From positions 1-55,732 of IMG/VR virus record IMGVR_UViG_3300021959_000051: a stretch of 55,732 nt of DNA. One strand, 5' to 3'. Source of the stretch: a virus. Lineage: Duplodnaviria; Caudoviricetes. Under the pieces are notes generated by a model. That model was given only the letters and a program-made list of their open reading frames with translations. It had not been told where the DNA came from and searched no databases. The position numbers and the translations under genes are program-made. Numbering within the stretch: the first letter of the stretch is position 1; the number at the start of each line of letters is the position of its first letter. Shown here piece after piece: positions 1-10,267 of the stretch.

Positions 1-1156
1 CACGAACCATTGTTAATGGTACGTATGGGCAATAGAAGATACCTGCATCATATGCGTTTGTACCTTTGTATCCAACTGTGATATAATCAGCAGTTGCATA
101 TGGGTCGATGTATACTTTCATACGACCATTCAAAGTACCAGCAAATGTGTTACCTGTGTCATCTACATTCAGAGCTGTGTTCATGTTTGGAGTGTAATCC
201 AACATACCTGAAGCTGACAATGCTGTTGCAACATCTGAAGAACAGATAACAACGTTACCTTTGCCTCTACGAGTGTCTTTTGCAATTTGGTTAGCTTCAC
301 GGTCAAGCTGTACTACTAGACCTTTGAACTTCTCAGCTGACCAACGGCCATCTGCATCTGATGCCAAGTTAAAGATACCTGACTTAGTTGCGTTAGCAGT
401 TGTGAAACCAGTTTTCGCACGAGAGTTGATTGTACGAATAACTTCACGGTTAATTTCAGCCAAGATTTCTGTTGACAAGATGTTTGCCAATTCTGTCTCA
501 GCGTCAAGACCATGAATCGCTTTCAAGTCTTGTGCAAGCTCGAGTGTGTACTCTGCTTTCAATGCACGTGACTTGGCTGTCACAGTTGCTTTTTCAATGG
601 TGAAGCCCATTTCAGCGAATGCAGACTCGCCAGTTGTTCCCAACTGCTCTGCGTTTGCTGTAGTCATACCACCACCAAATGTTGGGATACGAGTTGCTGA
701 ATCAACATCAGCGAAACCTGCAAGACCTGTATCATCTGCAGATTGAGTAGCGCCTGAGTCACCTGAGAAGCCAGAGATAGCTTCGTTGTACAGTGCTTCG
801 TTGTTAGCTGTTGCACCAGCGCGAGTTGTTTTGTACTTGGACTTCATTGCGAAGATCAAGCCTGTTGGACCAGACATTGGCTGAACACCACATACATCAT
901 ATGCCATCATGTTTGGCATAGCGCGACGTACCAGTGAAATCAATACTGGGTTCCAGTTAGCAGCAACAGATGTGTTGTTTGCAGCTGCATCTTCCGTCAT
1001 CATTGAGGCTTGTTCGCCTTGCTCACGGATTGCTTTTTCTGTGTTCTCCAGAACGACAGCGGTAACAGCGCGCTTGTGGGCGTCTGCAATTGAACCGGCT
1101 GACTCTTCGTTCAATACCGGAGACCATTTCTCTACGAGACGATCATAAGTTTCCAT
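1..1156 (-). CDS. g23: Major capsid protein gp23 (3' end truncated by window; absent from ORF track)
   Basis: Manual translation from ATG at 1156: METYDRLVEKWSPVLNEESAG...ISLVRRAMPNMMAYDVCGVQPMSGPTGLIFAMKS...SRALKAEYTLELAQDLKAIHGLDAETELANILSTEILAEINRE; GGAG RBS upstream; follows g22. Confidence 0.98.
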   Translation of the reverse strand, partial: METYDRLVEKWSPVLNEESAGSIADAHKRAVTAVVLENTEKAIREQGEQASMMTEDAAANNTSVAANWNPVLISLVRRAMPNMMAYDVCGVQPMSGPTGLIFAMKSKYKTTRAGATANNEALYNEAISGFSGDSGATQSADDTGLAGFADVDSATRIPTFGGGMTTANAEQLGTTGESAFAEMGFTIEKATVTAKSRALKAEYTLELAQDLKAIHGLDAETELANILSTEILAEINREVIRTINSRAKTGFTTANATKSGIFNLASDADGRWSAEKFKGLVVQLDREANQIAKDTRRGKGNVVICSSDVATALSASGMLDYTPNMNTALNVDDTGNTFAGTLNGRMKVYIDPYATADYITVGYKGTNAYDAGIFYCPYVPLTMVR

Positions 1157-1171
1157 AATTGGATCTCCTAC

Positions 1172-2104
1172 TTACTTATTTGATTTGCGTAATGCATTAA
1201 GGTACTGTTCCATCATTGGAGACACTTCTACTTCATCAGAAGTATCATCTGTATCTTCTACAATGGACTCAGCTGTTTTAGTTTTGCTGAAGTATGATTC
1301 TTTCAACGTAGCAACTTTCTGAGCGAAAGCTTTTTCGTTTTCAAAATCAATTGATTCAGCTAGTGATGTTAGCTTTTCAACTTGTGTTTCTGCTAAGTCT
1401 TTTGACGCTTCACGGATAACCGCTGCACGCTTCAAAGATACTAGCTCTTCACTAATTTCCATAGCTTTAGCTGTTGCTTCGTTAACTTGAGCTTCAAGCT
1501 CTTCGTTAGCTTCTGCTAGCTCATCAACTAGGTCTACTTTGGATTCTGGAACTTCAATATAAGACTCTTGGAATACGTCTTTCAACTTCTCCATAAAGCC
1601 TTCTGCAATCTCGGTACGAAGACCTGTTTGGATTGCAATTTTGTTGTCGTCCATCCATTGCTCAACTACATAGTTGAGGTAGCTGTCTACCTTCTCTACA
1701 AGATCTGCTTTCGTTGCTTCAACTTCTTCTGCTAATTGCTCAGCATATTCAGTTTCCAAACGATCGATCTCTTCTGAGAGCTTCGACTTAACCGCTGCTT
1801 CAAAAATAACCGCTGTTTTGGCTTTAAAGTCTTCGGACAATGTTGCCTCAGATTCTACAAGCGCATTCAGGTCGTCACTAAAGTCTCCATCAAATTCTAC
1901 GTCTTCGGCCTTCATGGCCTTGCCAGCAGGTTTTAATTCAGACGGTTGGCTGTTGCTCTTATCACCCTTGCGTTTTGGCGCTTTAGGGCCTTTCTTTTCA
2001 GCTGCATCAACAGATGCAACCGACTGAGCTTCAGCGTTTTTAGGATCGTGAGCTTCTTCGATTTCCTCGTCGAGCTCTACATCCTGGTCTACTTGATCAG
2101 TCAT
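1172..2104 (-). CDS. g22: Prohead core scaffolding protein gp22
   Basis: Acidic coiled-coil protein with LSEDFKAKTAVIFEAAV and KVDSYLNYVVEQW motifs; lies between g21 and g23. Confidence 0.95.
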   Translation of the reverse strand: MTDQVDQDVELDEEIEEAHDPKNAEAQSVASVDAAEKKGPKAPKRKGDKSNSQPSELKPAGKAMKAEDVEFDGDFSDDLNALVESEATLSEDFKAKTAVIFEAAVKSKLSEEIDRLETEYAEQLAEEVEATKADLVEKVDSYLNYVVEQWMDDNKIAIQTGLRTEIAEGFMEKLKDVFQESYIEVPESKVDLVDELAEANEELEAQVNEATAKAMEISEELVSLKRAAVIREASKDLAETQVEKLTSLAESIDFENEKAFAQKVATLKESYFSKTKTAESIVEDTDDTSDEVEVSPMMEQYLNALRKSNK

Positions 2105-2114
2105 GTTTGACTCC

Positions 2115-2774
2115 TTACAATTTAGATTTCATTAACGAGAGGAAATTCTTAAACTCACGAGTCTGAGCCTCATAGAGGTCAGCGCGTGGAGCCTTCTTAA
2201 TTTCAGTCTCCATTTGTTCAATTACTTGAGGTTCAATAATACCATTGTTCCAAACCCACTCTACACCTTCCATTATACCATTTACGAAAGCTGTCGGTGC
2301 AGATGGATCTTGTACGATATCAACCGTATTAAGAACAAAGTCGTCTTTGACGTACATTGTACCATTTTTTTCCTCAAGGCTACCCATACCACGAGTTGAC
2401 ACTCCTAGTTGAACACCACCTTCTAGTAAACCTTTTACGATATTACCCATTGGAGTATCCAAAATTTGTGCCTTACCTACAACATCATTTCCCTTCCAAG
2501 AAAGTTCAGTGATCTTGTGAGATACCTTATCTAAGTTTACAGTCGGTCCTTCTGGATGATTTAACTCTCCAACCGCTCTGTTCTTAGAAACTTGTTCAGT
2601 AACATATGTATCTACAGCCTTTTCCATAATAGGCTTTGGGTAGATACGTCCGTTTCTATTCTTTGCTTCTGATTGCATGAATACGCCTTCGATAAAATGG
2701 TTCTTTGTACCATCTTCCTTAGCTTCTACAATACATTCAATATTTTGTTCGTTATATTCAGCAATCAGTTTCAT
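2115..2774 (-). CDS. g21: Prohead protease gp21
   Basis: IEGVFMQSEAKNRNGRIYP, GELNHP, GVSTRGMGSL, DIVQDPSAP motifs. Confidence 0.97.
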   Translation of the reverse strand: MKLIAEYNEQNIECIVEAKEDGTKNHFIEGVFMQSEAKNRNGRIYPKPIMEKAVDTYVTEQVSKNRAVGELNHPEGPTVNLDKVSHKITELSWKGNDVVGKAQILDTPMGNIVKGLLEGGVQLGVSTRGMGSLEEKNGTMYVKDDFVLNTVDIVQDPSAPTAFVNGIMEGVEWVWNNGIIEPQVIEQMETEIKKAPRADLYEAQTREFKNFLSLMKSKL

Positions 2775-2776
2775 GT

Positions 2777-3037
2777 TTAACCTCTTACTTCTACAGCTGC
2801 AAATAAAACTGTAGCAGCACCGGCAAACAATTTGTCTGTTTTAGCTTTGTAGATGTTAACAGACTCTCCTGCAGCAAGTGTCATTGTACCTAGTGCAGTA
2901 CCAGCTGCGTCTGTTTTTGTAACCAATGCAACAGCTGCAGCAGTATTGACTGCTCTAACTACGCTATGCTTACTAAAATCAGATGCAGCGCTACTGCCGT
3001 TAGCAGCCGCTTCTGTTGTTAGTGGACTTACTATCAT
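2777..3037 (-). CDS. Small Ala-rich hypothetical protein, probably head-associated
   Basis: 86-aa ORF tightly packed between g68-like and g21. Confidence 0.7.
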   Translation of the reverse strand: MIVSPLTTEAAANGSSAASDFSKHSVVRAVNTAAAVALVTKTDAAGTALGTMTLAAGESVNIYKAKTDKLFAGAATVLFAAVEVRG

Positions 3038-3040
3038 CTG

Positions 3041-3253
3041 TTATCCTTTATATGTTTTAACAAACTGTTGAGCCATTTTCTCAGCTTCTTTCTGAGTCTT
3101 ATAAGCGTCTAGTCTATCACCATCTATATATACCACAAATCCTGCCTTTTCTTTGTTGATCTTAACAGGAACGCGATCAATCTTTTTGTTAAAGACTTCT
3201 TGTCCTGAAGGACGTCTTTGCAGCTTTTCTCTAAGTTGTGTAAACGTTTTCAT
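3041..3253 (-). CDS. Small basic prohead core protein, gp68-like by position
   Basis: 70-aa basic ORF starting MKTFTQLRE, directly downstream of a late promoter. Confidence 0.6.
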   Translation of the reverse strand: MKTFTQLREKLQRRPSGQEVFNKKIDRVPVKINKEKAGFVVYIDGDRLDAYKTQKEAEKMAQQFVKTYKG

Positions 3254-3277
3254 TTCAACAGTCTCTTAATTATAGTT

Positions 3278-3285
3278 TATTTATA
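3278..3285 (-). promoter_or_regulatory. T4-type late promoter TATAAATA for the head-gene transcript
   Basis: Exact TATAAATA on minus strand, intergenic, 25 nt upstream of ATG at 3253. Confidence 0.85.
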
Positions 3286-3297
3286 TGAAAAGTTTTT

Positions 3298-3597
3298 TCA
3301 AGACTCTTCATCTTCTAATTCTTCATCTTCTAATTCTTCATCTTCAAGCTCTTCATCTTCGATATCTAAAGCTTCTTCTGCTCCTGCATCTAGTTCATCA
3401 TCATCTAGGTCATCAAGTCCGATTTCTGTTACATCTGGCTCTGTTTGAGCGCCATTGAACATTTGATCTGCTAGCTTTACCTTTTCTTGCTCAAGAGATT
3501 GATTCATTACATCTCCCATAATATCTTTAAAAGTTGGTGCTGCTGATGCAAAGTCCTGGTTAATTACTTGATCGATAAAATCTACTACTTCTGCCAT
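3298..3597 (-). CDS. Acidic prohead core protein, gp67-like
   Basis: Highly acidic 99-aa ORF directly after portal, the g67 position. Confidence 0.7.
   Translation of the reverse strand: MAEVVDFIDQVINQDFASAAPTFKDIMGDVMNQSLEQEKVKLADQMFNGAQTEPDVTEIGLDDLDDDELDAGAEEALDIEDEELEDEELEDEELEDEES
3305..3360. repeat. 15-nt tandem repeat encoding EDEEL x3-4
   Basis: tcttcatcttctaat repeated in the C-terminal coding region of the gp67-like gene. Confidence 0.85.
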
Positions 3598-3598
3598 A

Positions 3599-5173
3599 CT
3601 AATCTCCGTTATTCACATTAATATCTAAACTATGTTTTTGCCCTTGAGGTTCTTGTTGTGGAGCCTCTTGCTCTTCTTCATCATCATTATCTATCTCACC
3701 AGAATCTTGTTCGTCAGATATCTGATCTTTCATATCTTCAATTTGATCGTCATCCATAAACAGAACGTTTTTCATAACATATTCTTTTGAGAAGAACTCT
3801 CCAACATACTGTTGCATCATATCTAGAGTCTGGATTCTCTCTCTTAAGAGCTCTGCTTCCTTTAGTTCTGTAAAGTGACTATCACGAACATATTCAACAG
3901 TAATATCTTCTTTCCAGCTGTTCCAATCTTCTTCAGTAATAACACCTTTTAAGATGAGCTGCTTTTTAAGAATATTATAAAATAGATTATCAAAACGAGA
4001 GCGAAGTCTATCAATAAACTTCTGAAACTTTAACTCTTCTCTTGTTATTTCATTTGTCTTGCCGAGAGAGAATTGAGTTTCTTGCTCAAGTCTACTCATA
4101 GGAACGTTTAATGATCTGTAGAGTCGTTTTTGAAAATAGATGATGTCGTCGATTTGTCCAAGATTTTCACCGCCTGGAAGTGTAGAGATTTCTGTTCCAC
4201 GACCGCCTTCCCTACGAGGGAGCCAAAAGTCTTCAAGCATCGACATATGTTTACGATCATCTCTAATAGCTCCTGTGTTAGCATCGTATACGAGTTTATT
4301 ACGGTACTTAGCCATAATACCTTTCATATATTCTTCTGATTTACCTTTAGGTAAATTACCTACATCAATGTAGAATATACGACGCTCTGGAGCTCTAGCT
4401 AGTCTGTAAATGACTAGCGAGTCTTCCATCATACGTAATTGATTAATAGGCTTCAGAGCTTTATGAAGATGTGATACAACTTTCTTACGAGCTTCATCTA
4501 GTAAGCCAGAGGTAACATAAGAAATAGAATCAGGAGTAATCTTAATACCTTGATTAGTTGATCCAGGCTTTTCCTGATAGATATAGAACTCATCTACTCG
4601 CTCAACAAGAGTTGCTCCTGTCTCAGGGTCTTTCTTCTTTTTAATTTGTTTAACTTTTTTAATCTTAGAAGCATCAATAGGTCTTACTTCTTGAATACCA
4701 GCTTTAAGATTATTTTCATCGAGTACAAGATGATGAAACATTCTACCATCTACATACCAACGCTTAAACATATCATGACCTAAGTCACCGAAGTTAAGCA
4801 TAGATAATACACCATCAAACTCTTCGGTCATAGCTTTTTTAATCTGATCGCTAATACCATCTACATTATCAAGATTAAGCCTCACAGGAGCTTCGTTTGA
4901 GCCTGAGGTAATAGCTTCGTTAACAATATCTTCGACTGCTGCATCTACTTCAGGGTGATGTGAGACTGAACGATATTGCATAATAAGTTGTTTTTCGTCC
5001 TTGGTTTTCTCTCCATCCAAGTCGACATAAGTGCCATAGTGTGCACCTGCAGCTGTGACAAACCCTGCACCATCCTCATCAACAGGAGCCACAATTGATT
5101 GTAGCTTCTCTTGTTGTCTATTTCGAGCTCTTTTAATCTCGAATCCAAATAATTTAATACTGTCTTCAGCCAT
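3599..5173 (-). CDS. g20: Portal protein gp20
   Basis: LHKALKPINQLRMMEDSLVIYRLARAPERRIFYIDVGNLPK and MLEDFWLPRREGGRGTEISTLPGG motifs. Confidence 0.98.
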   Translation of the reverse strand: MAEDSIKLFGFEIKRARNRQQEKLQSIVAPVDEDGAGFVTAAGAHYGTYVDLDGEKTKDEKQLIMQYRSVSHHPEVDAAVEDIVNEAITSGSNEAPVRLNLDNVDGISDQIKKAMTEEFDGVLSMLNFGDLGHDMFKRWYVDGRMFHHLVLDENNLKAGIQEVRPIDASKIKKVKQIKKKKDPETGATLVERVDEFYIYQEKPGSTNQGIKITPDSISYVTSGLLDEARKKVVSHLHKALKPINQLRMMEDSLVIYRLARAPERRIFYIDVGNLPKGKSEEYMKGIMAKYRNKLVYDANTGAIRDDRKHMSMLEDFWLPRREGGRGTEISTLPGGENLGQIDDIIYFQKRLYRSLNVPMSRLEQETQFSLGKTNEITREELKFQKFIDRLRSRFDNLFYNILKKQLILKGVITEEDWNSWKEDITVEYVRDSHFTELKEAELLRERIQTLDMMQQYVGEFFSKEYVMKNVLFMDDDQIEDMKDQISDEQDSGEIDNDDEEEQEAPQQEPQGQKHSLDINVNNGD

Positions 5174-5192
5174 ATTAATTCCTAATTAGTTA

Positions 5193-5214
5193 AGAGGGGC
5201 CCTTAAGCCCCTCT
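5193..5214 (-). terminator. GC-rich hairpin between g19 and g20 (probable terminator)
   Basis: Perfect 8-bp inverted repeat AGAGGGGC-6nt-GCCCCTCT; U tail is weak. Confidence 0.65.
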
Positions 5215-5216
5215 GA

Positions 5217-5224
5217 TATTTATA
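5217..5224 (-). promoter_or_regulatory. Late promoter TATAAATA upstream of g20
   Basis: Exact motif in the g19-g20 intergenic space. Confidence 0.85.
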
Positions 5225-5228
5225 GGGC

Positions 5229-5756
5229 TTATGAGGTTGTGTTTGATTCCCAGTACTGGACTTGGAACTCAACAGTGAATCGTTCAATCTCATTTTCTGA
5301 AGCATAGCTCAGATCAATTGGAGATACAGCTGTTGGGAAACAACCACGGAAGTTGTATGTCTTAATTGTTGAGCCATCTTTGTCAAGTTGCTCTACCAGT
5401 AAGTCTGCTTCGTAATCAACAACGTTAGTTAGTCCAGTATTAGCACTATGTGCATTCATACCGTTCATCCAGCGTTCCATTGAATCACGAATTACAAAAT
5501 CCGTATCATTAATGATTGTCGGAGACCATACATCGAATGTACGATCACCAGCCATTTTTAATTGTCTACCTCTAAAAGGTACAATGATCGGTGAGATCGT
5601 TGAACCAGGTAGCTGTGCTGCCTCGCAGAGAAAGGATGATGCTTCCACATCTCCTCCTGCATAAGCTGGGAAGTTGATAGTCGCTTTGAACAGATTTGGT
5701 CTAGCGCCACCACCTCTCAACTTGGCTTTAAAGTCGTCTACTCCTAGAATAGCCAT
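5229..5756 (-). CDS. g19: Tail tube protein gp19
   Basis: GGGARPNLF, VPFRGRQLKMAGDRTF, IERFTVEFQVQYW motifs. Confidence 0.97.
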   Translation of the reverse strand: MAILGVDDFKAKLRGGGARPNLFKATINFPAYAGGDVEASSFLCEAAQLPGSTISPIIVPFRGRQLKMAGDRTFDVWSPTIINDTDFVIRDSMERWMNGMNAHSANTGLTNVVDYEADLLVEQLDKDGSTIKTYNFRGCFPTAVSPIDLSYASENEIERFTVEFQVQYWESNTTS

Positions 5757-5780
5757 TGTCTATTTACTCCTTTGACGCTA

Positions 5781-7505
5781 TTATACTGTGCCTACAACTT
5801 CACTAAAGTCTACACCAGTTCTAACAGCTACAAAATTAAGAGTAACGTAGTTAATTGAACGAGCAGGCTTAATGAAGATGTTCGCGATGAATTCATTACG
5901 ATCAATAACATTTGCTGTGTTATTAGTACTATCACAAACTACCTTAAAGTCTGTGATACCGCGGCGACCTTGAATCTCTCTCAGGAAAGGCTCTACAATA
6001 TTTACAAACTCAGCTCTTGTAAAGTCGTCGTTAAACTCAAACATTACGTTTCTAGCTGCAGCTGCAATAGCTCTTTCCATTACTAAGAACAATCTACGAA
6101 CATTAATTCGATCGAATGCGGATGGTCTGTTCAAGAATGTCTTATCACCGAATAGCAAAATACCTTGTCCAGGAATATTTGCAACAGGGTTAACACCAGC
6201 TTTATAAAGAGTATCTCTGTCTGCTTTAGTAGGTGAATAAGACAGTGCTGTTACTCCAAAATATTGACCTCTTCTCTGACCTGCAGGAGAGAACCATGGA
6301 GCTGCATTAGCATCAGTAGCTGCCATAATACCTGCTGTAGTCGAAGCAGCTGGAATAAAGACATATTGATCATTATACTTATCATACACCTTTAGATAGT
6401 TATTATCTACTACAAGGTAAGAAGATGTATTAAACCCTCCTACAGTAGTTGTAGTTGCCGTTACTGGTGTTGCATTATTAACAACGGCTGCAATATCTGG
6501 TGAAGTTACAACCACACAATCTTTTCTTAAATTACCAGCGATGCTTGTTAAGTTATTTACAACAGTTCGTTGGTCAGCTGCGTTAGCCATACCAGGTGCA
6601 ATCAAGAAGTCAACCTGAATATTATCAACATCGTTAAACAAGGCAAATCCACTAGCTATGTCTGAAGTAGCTTTTGATCCGCTATCAACTCCACCTGTTA
6701 GTGATTTACTAATCGCCCCAGATGGGTTACCAAATGCCTTACCTGATGTTGCGGCTGTACCTGCATGAGTTAAAGTGGCTAAGTCACCATCAAAATGAGC
6801 TAACCATACATACTCTGATGCAGAATTAATTACATCATACACGTAATTAGAGGAACCATCGCTATTTTTAGCATTAGATGCTAAAGATACAAATGCATAA
6901 CTCTCAAGAACAGTACCTACTGTGCCAGAGATGAAACCATCTTCATCGGATACTACTACGTGAACTTCATCAGCACTACTACCTCTAGCATCTGCATATG
7001 CAGAGGTACCTGGTGCTTCATCAAATAGACCTTTATGTGTCCAACCGGTAAATCCAGCTGCTGTACATATATCTACTTTAATGGAGTTACCTAATGCTCC
7101 GGCCCATTTAGCAATCCAAGCACCTACGTTAGTATCGCCTGAGTCTGCGCCAAATGAACTTTTTACTTCATCCCAATGAGAACTGTTGTTAACATTTGTT
7201 ACAACTGATGAGGATGAAGTTGCGTTTTTAGCTGCTGATGTAGCTTCTCTTACTACATACAGAGCTGAAGAATATCTTAAAAATTGTACTGCAGATAAAA
7301 AATCTACAGCGTTTGTTGCTGTGGGTGATCCAAATCTTTCGGCTAAGTCAGCCTCCGAACTAACTAGAGTAGCTACGTTGGTTGGACCCCAGCGAAAATC
7401 TCCGACATACGCACCAGTTGTTGACTGGACATTAGGAACAAACCCTGAAAGGTCTACTTCCTTAACCGTAATCGCAGGAGATTCAGAGGGACTAAATACT
7501 GCCAT
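5781..7505 (-). CDS. g18: Tail sheath protein gp18
   Basis: SPAITVKEVDLS, PWFSPAG, SAFDRINVRRLF, FIKPARSINYVTLNFVAVRTGVDF motifs. Confidence 0.98.
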   Translation of the reverse strand: MAVFSPSESPAITVKEVDLSGFVPNVQSTTGAYVGDFRWGPTNVATLVSSEADLAERFGSPTATNAVDFLSAVQFLRYSSALYVVREATSAAKNATSSSSVVTNVNNSSHWDEVKSSFGADSGDTNVGAWIAKWAGALGNSIKVDICTAAGFTGWTHKGLFDEAPGTSAYADARGSSADEVHVVVSDEDGFISGTVGTVLESYAFVSLASNAKNSDGSSNYVYDVINSASEYVWLAHFDGDLATLTHAGTAATSGKAFGNPSGAISKSLTGGVDSGSKATSDIASGFALFNDVDNIQVDFLIAPGMANAADQRTVVNNLTSIAGNLRKDCVVVTSPDIAAVVNNATPVTATTTTVGGFNTSSYLVVDNNYLKVYDKYNDQYVFIPAASTTAGIMAATDANAAPWFSPAGQRRGQYFGVTALSYSPTKADRDTLYKAGVNPVANIPGQGILLFGDKTFLNRPSAFDRINVRRLFLVMERAIAAAARNVMFEFNDDFTRAEFVNIVEPFLREIQGRRGITDFKVVCDSTNNTANVIDRNEFIANIFIKPARSINYVTLNFVAVRTGVDFSEVVGTV

Positions 7506-7563
7506 TTCTCTTTTCCTTTTGAGCTAATGATAAGATGTCATAATAAGAACATTCAATTACCGT

Positions 7564-7571
7564 TATTTATA
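7564..7571 (-). promoter_or_regulatory. Late promoter TATAAATA upstream of g18
   Basis: Exact motif in the g17-g18 intergenic space. Confidence 0.85.
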
Positions 7572-7583
7572 ATATTTTAATTC

Positions 7584-9182
7584 TTAATAAAATTCCTCTA
7601 CCCAAGGTTTACTTCCTTGAATATGCCATTCATCTGGCTCCGGTTCCAATATAGGTTCATTTAATCCATCATCATGGTATCCCCATTCAAACACATCAAG
7701 TTCTATTTCACTCATTCTTTGCTTAAACATAAGCTCTTTCATATTAATATCAGACATATCTAAAAATCTATCACCTAATGTAAAGTAACCAAACAACACA
7801 AGATTCATCATTAAATCGTCATGATTACCATCAGACGCTTCATAAGATTGACCTTTAGCTATAAATGTAGACATCTCAATAATAGTTTCTTGATCGTGAA
7901 TATTAAGTTTTCTATTTTCAACAATATCTTTTATAGTAGAGCATCCTAAACGCTTTACCTTTTTGTTCATCATAATACCAAGACCATTAGCTTTTAAAGC
8001 AGACTCTAGATGTAAATTCTCATACTCTAATTCATAATATAATCCATTACATACAATAGTACCTTGATCATTGTTTTCTATAACAACATATGCTTCATTA
8101 TAATTTTTACAATACTTGTATATAATATTAGGAAACAATATAGGTGACATCTTGTTATTACGATATACGCATACTTGCTCGAACGGAGTTGTAGATATAT
8201 CTATAATATTAAAAGTACTATAATCACCACCAACACCTTTAGCAACGTCCACAGTGCATATATACTGATGATCTTTTTCAGGTTCTTTGTATACAAGAAG
8301 AGTACCTCCTTCTAATACCCCGATAGGATTTCTCGCTCTTAATTCCATAAGAGTACTACCATCAATAAGTGTATCTCCAGTACCAAAAAATGTATTGCCA
8401 AACTCTTGATCAAACTGTAGCCTTGAAGTATTAGCTATTGTTTGTTCTTTCCAAGCCTCGTCTCTACCAGGCACATCCCACCAATCAACTCTAAATGGTT
8501 TGTATTCGTTTGTACCTTGAACAGCTCCTTCCCACAACTTATGAAACATATTACCCACTCCGTTAGCAGTAGATGTAATAATAACTTTAGTCTCTTTACC
8601 AGAAGAAATAACTGGATATGTAGAAGTATAGAATGTAGCAGCATCTTCAACGAATGCAAACTCGTCTAAGTATAGCAAATTAACAGACATACCACGAATA
8701 GAAGAACCTGATGTAGCTGCAGCAACAATACGAGAATTATTAGAAAACTCTATAGATTTTTTATTTAACGACTTACACCCAGGCTGTAGAAAAAACGGTA
8801 GATTCTCTAACATCAGCGTTACTCTCCCAAGCATCTCTTGAGATGTCGCTCCTTTGTTAGCAAGGATAGCTACAACCTTCTCAGGATGAAAGAGAGCAAA
8901 CCAAAGTAGATATGCAACTGAAGAAATAGACTTACCAGACTGTCGACACGCTAGTACAATGGAGAATCGTTGATTAGTAAAATGGTCAAACATCTTACTC
9001 TGATAATCGTATAGCTCGAAGTTTACAAGACCTAAATCTAGGTGAATAATCTTACAATACTTAGAAGCAAAGTAAGAAGAGTCATCCATACATTTTTTAT
9101 ATTCTTCTACTTCGAATATATTAAATTGTGTTACAACACCATCACGCTTAATATTTGGGTTACCGAGATATGTGTCATTCAT
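7584..9182 (-). CDS. g17: Terminase large subunit gp17 (ATG at 9182 preferred over 9194)
   Basis: YLGNPNIK, Walker A RQSGKS, Walker B LYLDEFAF, IITSTANG, nuclease DVAKGVGGDYS and HDDLMM motifs; no intein or intron. Confidence 0.98.
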   Translation of the reverse strand: MNDTYLGNPNIKRDGVVTQFNIFEVEEYKKCMDDSSYFASKYCKIIHLDLGLVNFELYDYQSKMFDHFTNQRFSIVLACRQSGKSISSVAYLLWFALFHPEKVVAILANKGATSQEMLGRVTLMLENLPFFLQPGCKSLNKKSIEFSNNSRIVAAATSGSSIRGMSVNLLYLDEFAFVEDAATFYTSTYPVISSGKETKVIITSTANGVGNMFHKLWEGAVQGTNEYKPFRVDWWDVPGRDEAWKEQTIANTSRLQFDQEFGNTFFGTGDTLIDGSTLMELRARNPIGVLEGGTLLVYKEPEKDHQYICTVDVAKGVGGDYSTFNIIDISTTPFEQVCVYRNNKMSPILFPNIIYKYCKNYNEAYVVIENNDQGTIVCNGLYYELEYENLHLESALKANGLGIMMNKKVKRLGCSTIKDIVENRKLNIHDQETIIEMSTFIAKGQSYEASDGNHDDLMMNLVLFGYFTLGDRFLDMSDINMKELMFKQRMSEIELDVFEWGYHDDGLNEPILEPEPDEWHIQGSKPWVEEFY

Positions 9183-9513
9183 CTGTCTGGTCAATTATAT
9201 CCACATCTTTCATCAACATACGTTGTAAGTCTGTTGTAGACCCAACGAAAACATTATTATTAGTAGTACTAGGAATAGCTGGAATATCTTTCTTTTCCAT
9301 ATCGTGCTTCTTCTTATGAATATCAATAAGAGAATCACCTGCATCTGATACGTTTTTTAACATACCAGAAAGAACCTCATAGGCTCTGGGATGTTCTGTT
9401 GCTCGGGCAACTTCAATCATATCTTCTAAAGCTTCTTCACCTTTGACTAGAAGACCATGTTTAATTCTTCTTACGAGTTCAAAATCGTTTTCTTTATTAT
9501 CATTAGTCATCAT
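9175..9513 (-). CDS. g16: Terminase small subunit gp16
   Basis: EHPRAYEVL and NNNVFVGSTTDLQRML motifs. Confidence 0.93.
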   Translation of the reverse strand: MMTNDNKENDFELVRRIKHGLLVKGEEALEDMIEVARATEHPRAYEVLSGMLKNVSDAGDSLIDIHKKKHDMEKKDIPAIPSTTNNNVFVGSTTDLQRMLMKDVDIIDQTDE

Positions 9514-10267
9514 AATCGTATGCTTCTAGGAACCCATAATCACTATCAGCACTCACTCCAGAAGGAGTAGGAGTAATAGTAATACTCAATAAATCACTGT
9601 CAGCAATATCCTTTGTTTCTGTATCAATCTTAGCAATTGATTTATTAATAATTTTACCATCATTAATCGGACCATAAAAGTTAACTTTCATATCAAATGT
9701 TAAAGTATATAGGATAGTTCTTCGTGAGGCAACTTCGCCTTCAAAATCATCATTAAAATCTACACTTGTAATAGTAATAGGTACATCTTCTACTACACTT
9801 GGATGATCTGCAAGAGGTTTAATTGAAACGTTGTACTGAGGAGAAAAATAAGGAATTATCTGCTCTACAATTTGTAAGGCATCATTCTGAGTTTTAGAAT
9901 AAATGTTAAGCTGAAAGTTTATTATATAAGGTACAAAGGCATTTATTTTAGATCTCTGAGATACTGTAGTTCCTGCTTGTTGAAAGTTAGTAGTCTTTTG
10001 TAGCTGTCTAGAAGGGTCATAGTTTATACCTATTATTTCAAAAGACATTCTAGGAAGCTTTACTGCTACTCTTTGACCGTCTTGCAAGTCAGCTTGCTCT
10101 CTTATACGGTCTAAGAATTTAGACCGAGGTGCATAGGTTAAAGGAACTTTAACATGATTATAAGAAGCTCCAGTCTCTAGTCGTCTGACTACGTATATAT
10201 CATTAAACAGCTTACCAAAAGTCGCAACCGATTTTCTAATTCTTTCGTGATAAAAATAACTAAACAT
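9503..10267 (-). CDS. g15: Tail sheath stabiliser/terminator gp15
   Basis: YFYHERIRK, VPLTYAP, LPRMSFEI, DALQIVEQIIPYFSP motifs. Confidence 0.95.
   Translation of the reverse strand: MFSYFYHERIRKSVATFGKLFNDIYVVRRLETGASYNHVKVPLTYAPRSKFLDRIREQADLQDGQRVAVKLPRMSFEIIGINYDPSRQLQKTTNFQQAGTTVSQRSKINAFVPYIINFQLNIYSKTQNDALQIVEQIIPYFSPQYNVSIKPLADHPSVVEDVPITITSVDFNDDFEGEVASRRTILYTLTFDMKVNFYGPINDGKIINKSIAKIDTETKDIADSDLLSITITPTPSGVSADSDYGFLEAYDYDD

Noticed and set aside
261-1148. Short ORFs 261-515, 316-513, 546-746 and 909-1148
   Set aside because: Antisense or off-frame shadows of g23, which the ORF track missed because it runs off the window.
3305-3360. CRISPR-like reading of short tandem repeats (also 48383-48494)
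   Set aside because: In-frame coding repeats with no unique spacers and no cas genes.
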